From Trypanosoma brucei (taxonomy: Eukaryota): a DNA stretch of 64,000 bases. Both the position numbers and the translations under genes were made by a program. Location: contig CP000066.1 of NCBI GenBank assembly GCA_000002445.1, positions 992,001 to 1,056,000 on the forward strand, written 5' to 3'. Within the stretch, counting starts at the first letter, position 1. Each line of letters opens with the position of its first letter. Under the pieces are notes generated by a model, which had not been told where the DNA came from, ran no database searches, and saw only the letters and a program-made list of their open reading frames with translations. This document shows, piece after piece, positions 30,896-42,039 of this stretch.

Positions 30896-32569
30896 ATGGA
30901 GCCTCTGTGGGACTCTGGAGGCGCAGCTGGCGGGCAAAGGCTTCCTTCATCGAGCCCAACACATGACCGTTCTGGAAAACAGGCACTTCCTTTTGTGCTT
31001 CGGGCCCCTGTACGGCAGGCGACTTTTCACTCATTAGAATTTGTTGAGGGTCTTGTTCAGCATGCTCGTGGTGTGGAGCAGGAGCATAGCGCTTTCACAC
31101 TGCCCCTTCAGCGGGACTTTGGAGCCAGGCAAGTGCTTTCACGCATAATACAGGAGTCCCAGTGCGTGGAGGGCTGGCCGAAGCTTTTTCCAAAGTCAGA
31201 TGACGAGTCGTGCCATTTCTCCATGATGCCGTCTTCGTATGTGTTGCGCGCAGGACTCATGCGCGCACTCGGTTTTTCTGCTCCGGGGCACAATGACAAC
31301 AGCGATAGCCGTGCAGTAACACTAGACAGAGTCATAGTTAGGCCCTCGCGGTTGGTGGACAAGCAAGGTGTTGAGATGCTATTTTACCGTGAGGCGGCGC
31401 AGGATCAGCTGAAACATATTGCGCTGTGTGAGTGGTGCGAGGACCTGATTTTCTTCGCGCTTCACCGTGGATTTTCGCCCCTGCAGGTTCAGTGCTTGCT
31501 GCTGACGGCGATGCATCTCATGAGGGCCATCGCGGAGGCGCCTTCCAATGCGATAGACGATGACTCAATTGTAGAGGAGCGGTGCACTCGCGTGCTGCAG
31601 GAGGCACTGATCGAGCAGTCGTGTTCGTTGCCACGCAAAGTTTATGATGTGCGCCGATCTGTAGAAGATGTCACGTATGAGGAGAAGGATGCAGAGTTCG
31701 TTGCCGCTATCGAAGCTAAACTTGCGAAGGAGAAGAATAAGAAACAGCAACAGTTACTGTTGGAGCAACTGGAGAATGCGCCAGTGGAGATTAAGTCGCG
31801 ACGTGAGGTTGTAAAAAAGAAGGTAGTGTACGAAGTTATTGTTGGGCCGTACTTCACACCACAGGAGCTGGCACAGATACTGAACTTCTTCTGTACCACT
31901 GCAGTGCGTCACTGGAGGCTGTTTCATACCTTCCTTTTGGCCGCGCAGCCTTCTGAGACCTGTGACGTTAGCTTAGTTCACGACGATATTTTCCCTTTCT
32001 GCGTGCCTCCACTGCAGGAATTTCTGGAGGAGGGCATGCTAAACATGGAGGCCGAACGGCGAGCGGTTGTGGATGAATGTGAAACGCTGCTCAGGAGTAT
32101 CTTTGAAGAGGAGTTCATGAAGCCCATACGTGAGCTCGAGCAATATCGAAATGAGGCTTTGAGGGTTTCAATTGAAAAGGAGCGGAAAGAGTTCGAGGAT
32201 AACATGAAAAATGTGTTGGATACCTCAAATTACCGGAGGGTTTCTAGAGCATTTGAGCTGCGCTTGGAAAAGCGGCTCGAACGGAGCGAACTGGCGGCCC
32301 CCGAGGTGGCACCTCCGCCCGTAATGGAGCAGCCCGCTGCCGTTTCCTCGAGGCGCGAGAGCATGAGGAGGAAGTCTAGAGTGGCTCACCGTCCGCGCCT
32401 GGATTCCCTCGTGGGGAGCCCCGGCATATCGACTACGGCGGCAGCGGCGGTGGCTGCAGAAGCTCAGGTTGATGTGGTCTTTTCTTTGGAGGATGTGGAA
32501 GCCCGCATGTCAACACTGGAACACGCCGTGGCGGGAGTCTCCAAAGGGAGGTCAAGAAAGGGTCGTTAG
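30896..32569 (+). CDS. hypothetical coiled-coil protein (~557 aa); the ORF-track start at 30575 overlaps the BBS7 3' end and an (AT)n tract, so the likely start is 30896
   Basis: 30575-30895 reads through the stop region of the upstream gene and a (TA)13 microsatellite. Coding-like sequence begins at MEPLWDSGG. The C-terminal half is E/K/R-rich heptad-like. Confidence 0.5.
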   Translation: MEPLWDSGGAAGGQRLPSSSPTHDRSGKQALPFVLRAPVRQATFHSLEFVEGLVQHARGVEQEHSAFTLPLQRDFGARQVLSRIIQESQCVEGWPKLFPKSDDESCHFSMMPSSYVLRAGLMRALGFSAPGHNDNSDSRAVTLDRVIVRPSRLVDKQGVEMLFYREAAQDQLKHIALCEWCEDLIFFALHRGFSPLQVQCLLLTAMHLMRAIAEAPSNAIDDDSIVEERCTRVLQEALIEQSCSLPRKVYDVRRSVEDVTYEEKDAEFVAAIEAKLAKEKNKKQQQLLLEQLENAPVEIKSRREVVKKKVVYEVIVGPYFTPQELAQILNFFCTTAVRHWRLFHTFLLAAQPSETCDVSLVHDDIFPFCVPPLQEFLEEGMLNMEAERRAVVDECETLLRSIFEEEFMKPIRELEQYRNEALRVSIEKERKEFEDNMKNVLDTSNYRRVSRAFELRLEKRLERSELAAPEVAPPPVMEQPAAVSSRRESMRRKSRVAHRPRLDSLVGSPGISTTAAAAVAAEAQVDVVFSLEDVEARMSTLEHAVAGVSKGRSRKGR

Positions 32570-33517
32570 GGGTTTATTTCCTCCTTTCCCTCTTTACCTC
32601 TTTTCGTCCTTTCTTTGCTTGATTTATTTTGGCAAGAGGAGTGACCCCGACATGTGTGTGCGTGTGGTCCTGCAATGGTGTGAGAGTCGGAAGTGCGGAC
32701 GGGGTTGAAGCTTTCTGGCCTTCATAGTTTTGTGTTGCGCTGTGTTTAGTTTCCCTTTATCGTTCCCTTCAAACGGTTCGTTTTTGTGTTAACTTGTCGC
32801 GCTCGCCACAGCGGCGCGTGGTTATGCGTTTCCGCGTGTATTTGTTTCTGTGTGCACGTTCTAGCAATGTAGATTATACCAACAGCGCATGCTTTGTTTG
32901 TTTAACCCCTCTCTGTTTGGATATTTTGTTCCCTTCCTGCGTTTTTCTTTCTCCGCTCATTGGTGTTTTTTTCTTTTTCGCGGGCAATGCTAACCGATAT
33001 GTGTATCGCTTGCCTCGCCGTACTTGGGTCGCTGGATGTTGGAGGTTGTCGCGTGGGACAGGGGGAGGGATAGAGGAAGTGGGGATGGGATGAACAGAGG
33101 TAGACGAAGGTACGATAAATGGTGTGCGCGCATATCGAGGGTGAGGAACGGCTTCATAGAACTCACAAAATGGGAGGCTGATATCTCTCCGTATGCACAC
33201 GCATGTCTGTATGTATATGTATATATATATGTGTGTGTATGCGCGTGGAAGTGCTTGTGTTCTGTGTGTTTCCCGGCCCCTTTTTCTTTTTCTTTCCCCC
33301 TCTTACATCCCCAGCTTCAGTTGGCGTGGATTTGTACATGCAGGTTAAGTAACTCCTTTTCTTGTCATTCGTCATTATTGCTCGCAATGTGACCACCATG
33401 CAGTGCAGACATTGAGGCTTCTCTTATTTGTCTTACCTCTCGCACTTACGTGCCCACAAGGTGCCCACTTAGTTTCCTATTCGCTGACCCTTAGGGTGTT
33501 TCTGCTACAGCAGCCCC

Positions 33518-34312
33518 ATGCTGACTTTACGCAAGCAAACACTGCCTGTTGCAACAGCAACACTTCTCTTGCAGCGTCGGGGCGTGGAGTACTGGGGTTC
33601 CTCTGTAACGGGACGAACACAACCTTATGCACAGGGTGACTTGATCCCTCGTGTAGACAACATGCGTCATGTTGTAAGCAAATCATCCAGCGCTGCGGCA
33701 AATCTTACGGGCAGCAATTTGGGTGTTGCGTACGACAGTGACACTATCTTTTCTGTTGCCGGTTACAGTCGGGCGGAGAAGGAGCACTATCGGCCGCTTC
33801 GTGGAATCGCGCGGTATAAAATAGAACCCATGGCAGAGAGCGACACAGTGGCGGCCCAGGGTTTGTTAGAGCAGGCAGAAATGAGCAAAAGTATAAGCTT
33901 TGTTGTGTCATGGTGGGGCGGTGTGCTAAAGGATTTTCCTTCTTTGAAGAAAGTATGTGATGATACGTTCAAGGAAGAGTTCACCAGCTTCTATAAGAGC
34001 GCCCTGTCGGTGGCGCACGATGATGCCGCCGTGAAGGCTCTGGCGGTGCCGTTTGTGCGGCGCCAGATGCAGGAGCACTACATTAGCTTTCCTATGTTTT
34101 GGCGTATAGCAGAGAAGTTAGCGGATGCCATTGAAAAGGTTCCCCAAATGCAGAAACCCGCAAGGAGTGTCTCCCGCATAGCGGTGGAGCGCGTAACGAA
34201 AATTGCGCTAAACACAATTGCAGATGAGCCGTGGGCTCTTGATGAGATGACAAGTCCACTGCTTTTTGATGTGTCAAACTTCCGCGCCTGGCATGAGGCG
34301 GGAAACTGGTAG
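33518..34312 (+). CDS. hypothetical protein (264 aa) with a presequence-like N-terminus (possibly mitochondrial)
   Basis: N-terminal MLTLRKQTLPVATATLLLQRRG is basic/hydroxylated, amphipathic-like and free of acidic residues. No domain recognised. Confidence 0.45.
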   Translation: MLTLRKQTLPVATATLLLQRRGVEYWGSSVTGRTQPYAQGDLIPRVDNMRHVVSKSSSAAANLTGSNLGVAYDSDTIFSVAGYSRAEKEHYRPLRGIARYKIEPMAESDTVAAQGLLEQAEMSKSISFVVSWWGGVLKDFPSLKKVCDDTFKEEFTSFYKSALSVAHDDAAVKALAVPFVRRQMQEHYISFPMFWRIAEKLADAIEKVPQMQKPARSVSRIAVERVTKIALNTIADEPWALDEMTSPLLFDVSNFRAWHEAGNW

Positions 34313-35143
34313 AAAATGTGTGTATGAAAGTGACCCCTTTGTTGACGGGCGTAAGGAGATACGTGTGCAAGAGTGCATGGGGCGTCTACTCTTTTCGTGC
34401 CTTTTCGTGTTTCTTTTTTTTTTTCAGTGCGCGTGCACAGCAGTTTACACGGAGGCTGTGGGTGTGTGGGATTCCACAGCACTGAAATAAAAATCCAACG
34501 TGACTATACCGCAATATCACTGGTGTCGGGAATATTGATGTTGGGAAGGTGGGTAAAGTAGAAGTGATAAATATGGGTGATGATGATAGTAGTATTTATA
34601 GCTCGTGATGTGCGCCAGCGTATGTGCATTTTTAAAAATTGAATTCATAGTGTATTTCGAGGCGGGGTAATATAAATCCCTTCCTTTTTTTCCAGAGATG
34701 GGCGTAGAAGACGAGCGGTCGTGTGGTGGATGTTTGAACGCATAGGCATCTGGGAGAGTGAGTGGGGATTTGATGTCGTTGGTAAAATTTGCGGGACGGA
34801 GATCTCTTAACGAAGGACGCGGCTGGTGAATCTTCCATGTTTTTTTCTCTTTTTGCTACCCGGTACATACATTTGCGTGTGTTTACAACAAGCTGGTGTA
34901 ATTATCGACGTTGTTGCGTTTCCCCACTTTACGGCACATTCTGCCTTACCTTCTTCTGTACTTGGGGTCACCCACTTTTCTCCCTCATTCTTGAAAACTT
35001 GCTTCACCGTGGTATCTCTTTTCTTCGTACACTACTACCACGCCCTCTGTTATTCCTTGTGCCGTTGCTTTATTTGCAACATAAAACCATTTAATCACTT
35101 TTACAGAGTGAGGAAAAGGGGAGAAGGGAGGATTTAGTTAAGA

Positions 35144-37015
35144 ATGCGAGGAAGAGGGAGAGGTTCAATGCGGTTCTTTGGTGACCGAGGCGGGATGGAG
35201 CGCGGGGCGGGATCGTTTCGTGGGAGAGGCGGCAGCCGCAGTATGGGGGGAAGAGGATTTTCACGTGGTGCTGGCACAAGCAGAGGAGGCAATAACACGG
35301 GTTATACGGCCACAAAGCACAACGAACCATTGGATGGTAGTGGTCGTAACAGCAAAACTGACAACAATAAATTCAGCACTAACGACAAAAGCATCGCCGG
35401 AAAGGCAGTTGACAAGCGCCCTGTGCCGAGTCAGACCCAGCGCGTTGTAACCACGGTGACAGAAAATGGTACGGAGTTACCGAAAAAACTCAACACCAAG
35501 GTGTTTGTTGATGGTCTGCCATACGAAAACGAGGTGAAGTCGAGCTCGCTGAGTGTGGAGGAGGAGTTGATGCAGTTTGTGATTGCATGGAAGGTGGGAA
35601 AGCCACTGCGCCTCATCAAGAAGGACGGACAGGGTTTTGGGTTCCTTGTTTTCCAATCTCCGCACAGCGTGGATGTTGCAGTGCGGGTTTTGAATGGCCG
35701 CAAATTCCTTGGGCGTTCACTGCGAGTGGAGGTGCCGAAACCGAGGGATATGGAAGGTGCTGGGGGATCTTATGGTGCCAATGATTCCGGGAAGTGCAGT
35801 TATGCCCGACAAGTTCTTCTTTCAGACTTAGCTAAGGTAGCACAACCGGAGATTATCCGAGAGATTCTGAGGGACGTGGCACCCCAGTTAGAGAAGCGCT
35901 TGGATTCAATAAAGATGACCTCCAAGAATCGGAAAGCTTTCTTGACCTTCCAGTCCTCCGAGGACGTCGAGGCTGCCGTGAAGTTCCTTGATGGGTTTTC
36001 TATGTTCGGTCGTCGTATCAGCGCAGCGCAGGCTGCAGCGCCGGGGTCATTACCGTATTCCAAGGCCCCCATTCGCAGTACCGCACTTCATGCCGCCGAA
36101 GGTGTGCTGGTGGGAGACGGTGACGCCGATATGGTTGCGGCCGCCGGGCCCAATCACGGGGATGAGGGTGAATTAGTCGTGCCTTTGGGCCTCGATGTTC
36201 CTCCGGCAAACAGACCAGTGAAGGGAATGGAGAAGCGGAAGCCTGCGCCCGCCGCAGCTGCAAAGCCCAATGCGCTTCCCAGCAACATCACTGGTGTGAC
36301 GGAAAAATATAACTTACTTGACAATGGTCCTGCAGAGGTGTTTGTTGGAAATTTAGGTGAAGACGTGACGGAAGAACAACTGAAGGCCCACTTTTCGGTC
36401 TGTGGGAAAATAAACAGCTGCAAAATTATCGTGAATAAGAACACCAGGTTGCCCACGGGTATTGCAAGTATCGTATTCGCTATCCCTGCTTATGCTGCAT
36501 ATGCGCAGAAACATATGCATGGCTCCTGCCTCCGTGGGCACGTTCTTCGGGTGGATCGTGGTGAAGAGGCCAGCGCCCCACTCGTCTCGGAGTTGCCGCC
36601 GCGGGATGATGAGGAAACAATTGACGAGGACGGTTACATGGAGCATTTCGGTGTTACAAACAAGAAAGAGTACTTCAAGGGCACGTCATTCGAAGAGAAA
36701 CCCGGCTGTGGGAAGAAGAGGGCGAGGGACAGCGAAGCAGGCGGTGAGAAGCGAAAGGGCAAGGGTAAGAAGAATAAAGGTGAACCTCCGAAAAAAGCAT
36801 CGTCGCCGAAAACCTCACATGGCTGCGGCACAAATGGGAGTCACCACTCTCGCGGTGATGATGACGACGACGACGACGAGGAGCATTTCTTCGATGTTGA
36901 TGAGGGTGATAACGTTCGGGCAAAGCCCACAGGGAAACAAAAGAACACCAAGAAGGGAGCTCCCGTTCCCCGGAAGGGAGTGAAAAAAAAGGGGAAGGGG
37001 AAGAAATCTTCTTAG
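35144..37015 (+). CDS. RNA-binding protein with an N-terminal RGG/RG box, three RRM-like domains and a Lys-rich C-terminal tail
   Basis: RGRGGSRSMGGRGFSRGAGTSRGG at the N-terminus. RNP-like blocks KVFVDGLP, GFGFLVFQ, KAFLTFQS and EVFVGNLGEDVTEEQLKAHF...ASIVFA. C-terminal KKGKGKKSS. Confidence 0.7.
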   Translation: MRGRGRGSMRFFGDRGGMERGAGSFRGRGGSRSMGGRGFSRGAGTSRGGNNTGYTATKHNEPLDGSGRNSKTDNNKFSTNDKSIAGKAVDKRPVPSQTQRVVTTVTENGTELPKKLNTKVFVDGLPYENEVKSSSLSVEEELMQFVIAWKVGKPLRLIKKDGQGFGFLVFQSPHSVDVAVRVLNGRKFLGRSLRVEVPKPRDMEGAGGSYGANDSGKCSYARQVLLSDLAKVAQPEIIREILRDVAPQLEKRLDSIKMTSKNRKAFLTFQSSEDVEAAVKFLDGFSMFGRRISAAQAAAPGSLPYSKAPIRSTALHAAEGVLVGDGDADMVAAAGPNHGDEGELVVPLGLDVPPANRPVKGMEKRKPAPAAAAKPNALPSNITGVTEKYNLLDNGPAEVFVGNLGEDVTEEQLKAHFSVCGKINSCKIIVNKNTRLPTGIASIVFAIPAYAAYAQKHMHGSCLRGHVLRVDRGEEASAPLVSELPPRDDEETIDEDGYMEHFGVTNKKEYFKGTSFEEKPGCGKKRARDSEAGGEKRKGKGKKNKGEPPKKASSPKTSHGCGTNGSHHSRGDDDDDDDEEHFFDVDEGDNVRAKPTGKQKNTKKGAPVPRKGVKKKGKGKKSS

Positions 37016-37506
37016 CGGAATGCATGTGAGGCGATAACCGTTTCGTATTTACTCTTCAAGGACTTCCTGCTGCAACCCTCGTGGTGAGTGGGGAGTGGTG
37101 GTGGTGGTGGTTGGGCCACTTATTTGGGTGCGCGCCGTATTCATAAGCGCACTTATGCCTACGTGTAAACTCGCGCCTCTGTTTGTGCTCCTTGACTGAG
37201 GTGACCATAATATAAAGCGACTAAGGAAGGGAACGAAGATGAACTAGTTCTTTCACTAAAAATTTAAACAATATCGTCGGGTGTTATGTCTTCCGACTAG
37301 TCACCACTTGTCACTTTGATTTTACTGTTGCTAACATTTTTGTCTTTGCGCTCCTCACATTTGGAAACGATACGTTTCCCGTCTCCGCTTTCGTTGTATT
37401 TCTTTTATCGCGTCAGGTATCGGATAATTTGATTTGCTTTTTTTTTTTTTTTAGTAGCCCCTTCATCGGCAAATTATTTGAGAGGTGGGTTTGCATCACG
37501 TGTTGA

Positions 37507-37920
37507 ATGCCGCCGGTTACGGGCCGCCCCATCGGACGCGCCCCCGCCCCGCATCCCGTCATACGCCGCACTCGCAGTTGGAGGGGCATCATGCAGGTGC
37601 GTTTTAATGATACCCGCGCTGACCGTAACCGGATTCTCAAACATGCGTTTCTATGGGCACCAGTGCGTATCTTTGGAATATGTTTCGTTACCACCACAAT
37701 GATATACTTCACCATTGGTCACGACCGCTTTATGCATACGCTATTTGGCTATGAGTCGGAAATGCACTATGAGGCCCGTGTTAATCCCGACGCCAGTATC
37801 TTAATTGGGGACACACTCTTAGACAAGGATCGTGCTTGGAAATCACCCCTTCGAAATTTAGAGAAACCACTTCATCCACGCCGTGAATTCGACGTCCTGC
37901 GCGACCCCAAATCGACATAA
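37507..37920 (+). CDS. small hypothetical membrane protein (one TM helix); the start could instead be Met at 37591
   Basis: Poly(T) tract at 37440-37453, then the first ATG at 37507. Hydrophobic helix VRIFGICFVTTTMIYFTIG. Confidence 0.35.
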   Translation: MPPVTGRPIGRAPAPHPVIRRTRSWRGIMQVRFNDTRADRNRILKHAFLWAPVRIFGICFVTTTMIYFTIGHDRFMHTLFGYESEMHYEARVNPDASILIGDTLLDKDRAWKSPLRNLEKPLHPRREFDVLRDPKST

Positions 37921-38605
37921 TGCCCCCGACCTTGTTATATCTCTGACAATGTCCGGGCTGCGTTGCGGAGTTGGAGATGGTGCCCAGCATGCCTTCCCTT
38001 TTGTCGTTGTTGTTGTTGAGTGTCTGAGGTTTGGGTTGTTATTCGCAGTCTAGGAATTATCGCATGTCTTTCTTTTCACCCTTTGTTTCGCTTATATTCC
38101 CTTCGCAGCTGCTTTGTTGTATTGTTGCATGTTGTATTTTCGGGACATGTTTGTGGAACACACCCGTGGGCCGGCATGTGGGTGCGTATCTGTACGTTCA
38201 ATTCCTTGTGGCGTGCCATCTTTTCGCCCGTTGGTTCCATAAACTTCGTGTCATTGACCAGAGCTGTCTCTTGTGACCGGTATTCCACCCCCCCCCCACA
38301 CGTAAAGACAGCTATTCATTTTTGTTTTGTCAATAGCGATCTTCCGTTTCTAACTGGTAATGCCTTTACATGGGCACCCCCTTGCGGATAAATTGCTGGT
38401 TCGCTGCACGTTATGTAATACTGGTGGGAGATAACTTTGTCTCTGCGTGTGTGAACACCTTTCTTTCTTTCTTTTCCCCTACCCTTTTAATTGCACTCTC
38501 GTTCTCTCTAATATATGCTAAATTCGTAGAGCCGCGAGGAGAAGGGTTCCCCACACCTTCATTAGTCAGTGTTTTATCAAATATTAACATTTAGATAATT
38601 GTGGC

Positions 38606-40282
38606 TTGCGGGCTCAATCCTACAGTATCCACACTATGGCTAGTCTCACAGATGATGACATCCGGGTATCGCCATTATGGGAACATATGAAGAAGGTTCT
38701 GCTGCAAGTTGTTCAGCAGCAGCCGAGTTGTGCATTGGAGGCGGTTGTCCCGGCATCGCTAACTGTACAAACGGGTACCTCCGTGCCACCTCGAGTTACC
38801 ACAGAATTTGGTGACCACAGACCCAAAGTTGTGAACACCGTCCCGCCTGATGCTTTGGAGAATCTCCGATGGGCCTCAAGTTTTGGGACAGCGTTGGTGC
38901 CGCCGAAGCCACGCCGTAAGCCACAAGAAGATGAGGAAGACATGATTCCGGAAGACATCGAGGAGGAGGAGGAGGAAGTGCTCGGAGAGGTTGGGGACGT
39001 GGTGGCAGAGCAGGCGATATTTAATTCGGTTGGCGAGGGTTTACCTCCTGAAGAGGCCTTCCGACTAGTTGTTGGCATGAAGCAGCTGATGCGCACGGAG
39101 CCGCTTGCAAACGTACGCTTCTGGGGTAAATTTTACGGCAGCGTTGGGGATTATTACATCGTGGAGACGAAGATTGACCCCAACCGTATCCCTGAGGAGG
39201 GTGATGAGGACGGGTTCGATGAGGTGGATGAGGAGGAGGACGGTGAGCCAGTCGAGAATATTGCCGATGTATTGTTTGCCCATGGGCCTAAGGCTCATGC
39301 CGACACCGGCGTGGAATCTTCGGGAACCGGTTTGAACGAGTTTGTATACTATGCTGCCAACACCACTGACCCTACACGATGGGCTCGGCTTCCTGACGTG
39401 ACCCCAACACAAATCATCGCCGCCCGTCTTATCCGCCGCGGGTTCACAGGTGATCTAGAGGCCACTGTTGACACACACCCGCGGTTCCCTGGCTGCGAGA
39501 AACACTATGTTCGTGCTCAGATCGCCCGCATCAACTGCACTTGCAGAGTTGCGCCAATTGATATGTACACAACGGAGGGTGCCGTACCGGTTGAAGAGGA
39601 TGAAGACGGCAACTTGCTGCCTCCGCCGGCTACCGTACCGGCGTACTCCGTGCTTCCCCCTTTAATTCCGCAGGAAGTTCCTGATGAGGAGGATGCCGAA
39701 GCTATTGAGCCCGTGAAGTCATGGTTTTATGGTTACCGTGACGATGAGTTGCTTCAGGGAAAATATTGGGTTCACATCGCGCCCACATTACTTCTGAATG
39801 GTCGCACTGTTGCATCTGAGCAGGAGACGGCTGGCGACGATGATGGGAGAGGAGGGGAGGTTGACCACAGTGAGAAGATTCATCCATTTCTGTGTGAGGT
39901 GAGTCGTGATGAACCCCTGCGATACACGTGTCACAGTCGTAGCCAACTCCCTGCATGGTCTTTCCGCAAAGCATTTCACGATGAAAGCAGTAAGAAGCGA
40001 ACATACGTAGCCCGCTCATGTCTGTGGCCTGGCGCCTACACATATGTTGTTACGGAGCTGGGGAAGCCTGGTAGTAGTTTCCAGAGCGTTTATATTGGTT
40101 CTGGATTGAAGAGTCTGCAGGGTGTCAATTACGCCCCGAAACTTCCCCCGCGCTGCCTTGTCGAGTACCCGGAGGTCGATTTGCTCCTACAGCGCGATGG
40201 CACGTTGGATGATGAGCTCGAATATGCACCACCACCACCAAAGCCTGAAGATGCTGGGGAAGATGAAGAAGAATATGATTAG
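38606..40282 (+). CDS. radial spoke head protein RSP4/6-like (flagellar axoneme); the start is possibly at 38636
   Basis: Segment FRLVVGMKQLMRTEPLANVRFWGKFYGSVGDYYIVETK followed by acidic runs parallels RSPH4A/6A as I remember it (FLALKQL...RFWGKILG..NYIVAEVE + EEE). The tail is acidic (EDEEEYD). Confidence 0.6.
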   Translation: MRAQSYSIHTMASLTDDDIRVSPLWEHMKKVLLQVVQQQPSCALEAVVPASLTVQTGTSVPPRVTTEFGDHRPKVVNTVPPDALENLRWASSFGTALVPPKPRRKPQEDEEDMIPEDIEEEEEEVLGEVGDVVAEQAIFNSVGEGLPPEEAFRLVVGMKQLMRTEPLANVRFWGKFYGSVGDYYIVETKIDPNRIPEEGDEDGFDEVDEEEDGEPVENIADVLFAHGPKAHADTGVESSGTGLNEFVYYAANTTDPTRWARLPDVTPTQIIAARLIRRGFTGDLEATVDTHPRFPGCEKHYVRAQIARINCTCRVAPIDMYTTEGAVPVEEDEDGNLLPPPATVPAYSVLPPLIPQEVPDEEDAEAIEPVKSWFYGYRDDELLQGKYWVHIAPTLLLNGRTVASEQETAGDDDGRGGEVDHSEKIHPFLCEVSRDEPLRYTCHSRSQLPAWSFRKAFHDESSKKRTYVARSCLWPGAYTYVVTELGKPGSSFQSVYIGSGLKSLQGVNYAPKLPPRCLVEYPEVDLLLQRDGTLDDELEYAPPPPKPEDAGEDEEEYD

Positions 40283-42039
40283 AGAGGAAGAGAAGAAGTA
40301 CATGCATATGAGCCTGCATGAGAGTAAGATGGAAGGAGTTTGTAGAGCTGGATATGCTGCAAAAAGATTACCGCCTGCACTCCCTTTTTGACGTGGTTGT
40401 TCGTTTTTTTTTTCGCCATTGGCATGCGCTGGCTTTACTCTTTTTCTTTCTTGTTTTTGCATGTTCGCCTTTGATGTATAAAAAACGGTTACCTCCTACA
40501 AAAACGGAAAAAAAAAGGAAGAGAAACAAAGAAGAAAGAAAAGAGGAAAAGTGGGGAACTGAGTTATAGAAGTGTTTGTATGAGGGTGAAAAGGGGAGAG
40601 ATGCACTATGGGGACCAGAAAAGAAACGGAATGTTATAAAAAAAAGGACAGTGAGGAGTGTATAAAGGGTTAGAAAAAAATATTTCGCTCCATGTGAGAA
40701 AGGAGTGAAGCTTGTGTGGGCATTATTAACATTGTAGAATACCCACAGGTAAATGTAGGGAAAAGGAAAGAGGGAAAGAGAAAACAAAAAGGGGAGAGTG
40801 AAAGAGAAGGAGAGTCATTATGAAAAGTAAATGGGAAAAAGTATATATATATATATATATATATACGGGTCTTGATGTTTTGTTGTCAAACGACCATCAC
40901 TTTTTCTCATCGGTTCCTCTTTTTCGAAATGTGGTGCACATGTAAATGCAACCGTTCCCTTTTCTGACTTCCTTTTCTTTTTGTGACACTTAATCATCGC
41001 TCCCTGGCGCTTTTCTCGCCTTATCATTTGGTTAACTTCTATTACCCTTTTTTCTTTTGGTTTTGTAACTTCCCCTTATTGTTGTTATTATTATTCTCTT
41101 TCCTCTTTCCTCCCTCCTCCCTTTCTCTTTATTTTATCTCCAAGATATTCTTAAGATATTTTTTCGCACAGGACAAGAAATTATTGCATATAGGTTGCGT
41201 TAGTTCGTTGCATATAACAAAGCAGTAGTTCTCCCATACAATGAACATTCCTTAGTCATGAAGAGTTGTGTAGGTGAATCATTAACTCTTATGTGAAGGT
41301 GCCATATTTTTCTTTAAGAGGGGAATGAGAAAGTAGATGGTTTGCTCCCTTCTCGCCTTCCATATGGGTGTCTCTTCTTTTTTTTTTTGTGGGGGGGGGG
41401 TGGAGAAGGGACGCCACAGCGAGGCGTGAAATGTCAACTGGTCACTCAGGTGTCAGACATCATGTTGAAATAGCGATAGTAATAACAATAATAATAATAA
41501 TGACAGTTGATGTTGGTATAACCTCTGGGAAAGAGAGTGGATTGCATGTACCACTCGGCTATACATTCAACTGGATTATTGATAGAATTTATTGTTGTGC
41601 GCGGCTGCAAGTTTTGCATAAGTGTCGTGGGAAATATTCTCCAACTGTTTGCTCAAAAATGGGAGTGGTGTGCAGGTTTCCTATTTGCTCATACATCCTT
41701 ATTGGTATTTCTCTCGGCCAATTTCCCCGACGGTACGGTATTGCGTTGTGTGTCGCGATGTTTGTGTACTTTGTTTTTGATAGAGCGCTAACATCTTGTG
41801 TTTGTTTCATTTATCGTCTTCAGAAGCGGCAGTGGCACGTGAGCGTACCGCTATCACATAGGTTTACTATACCATTTAATATGAGTAACCGCACATAGTG
41901 TCTTTCCTGCAATTGCTGCTACGATTACAGTACTCGCTTCAGGGTCGCCGCTTACATATCGCATGCAGTTGCGTATATAAGACAAGACACCGCAAAAGCA
42001 TTTTTTTCCTTTGTTTTTTGTTCTTCCTTCACAAAGTAG

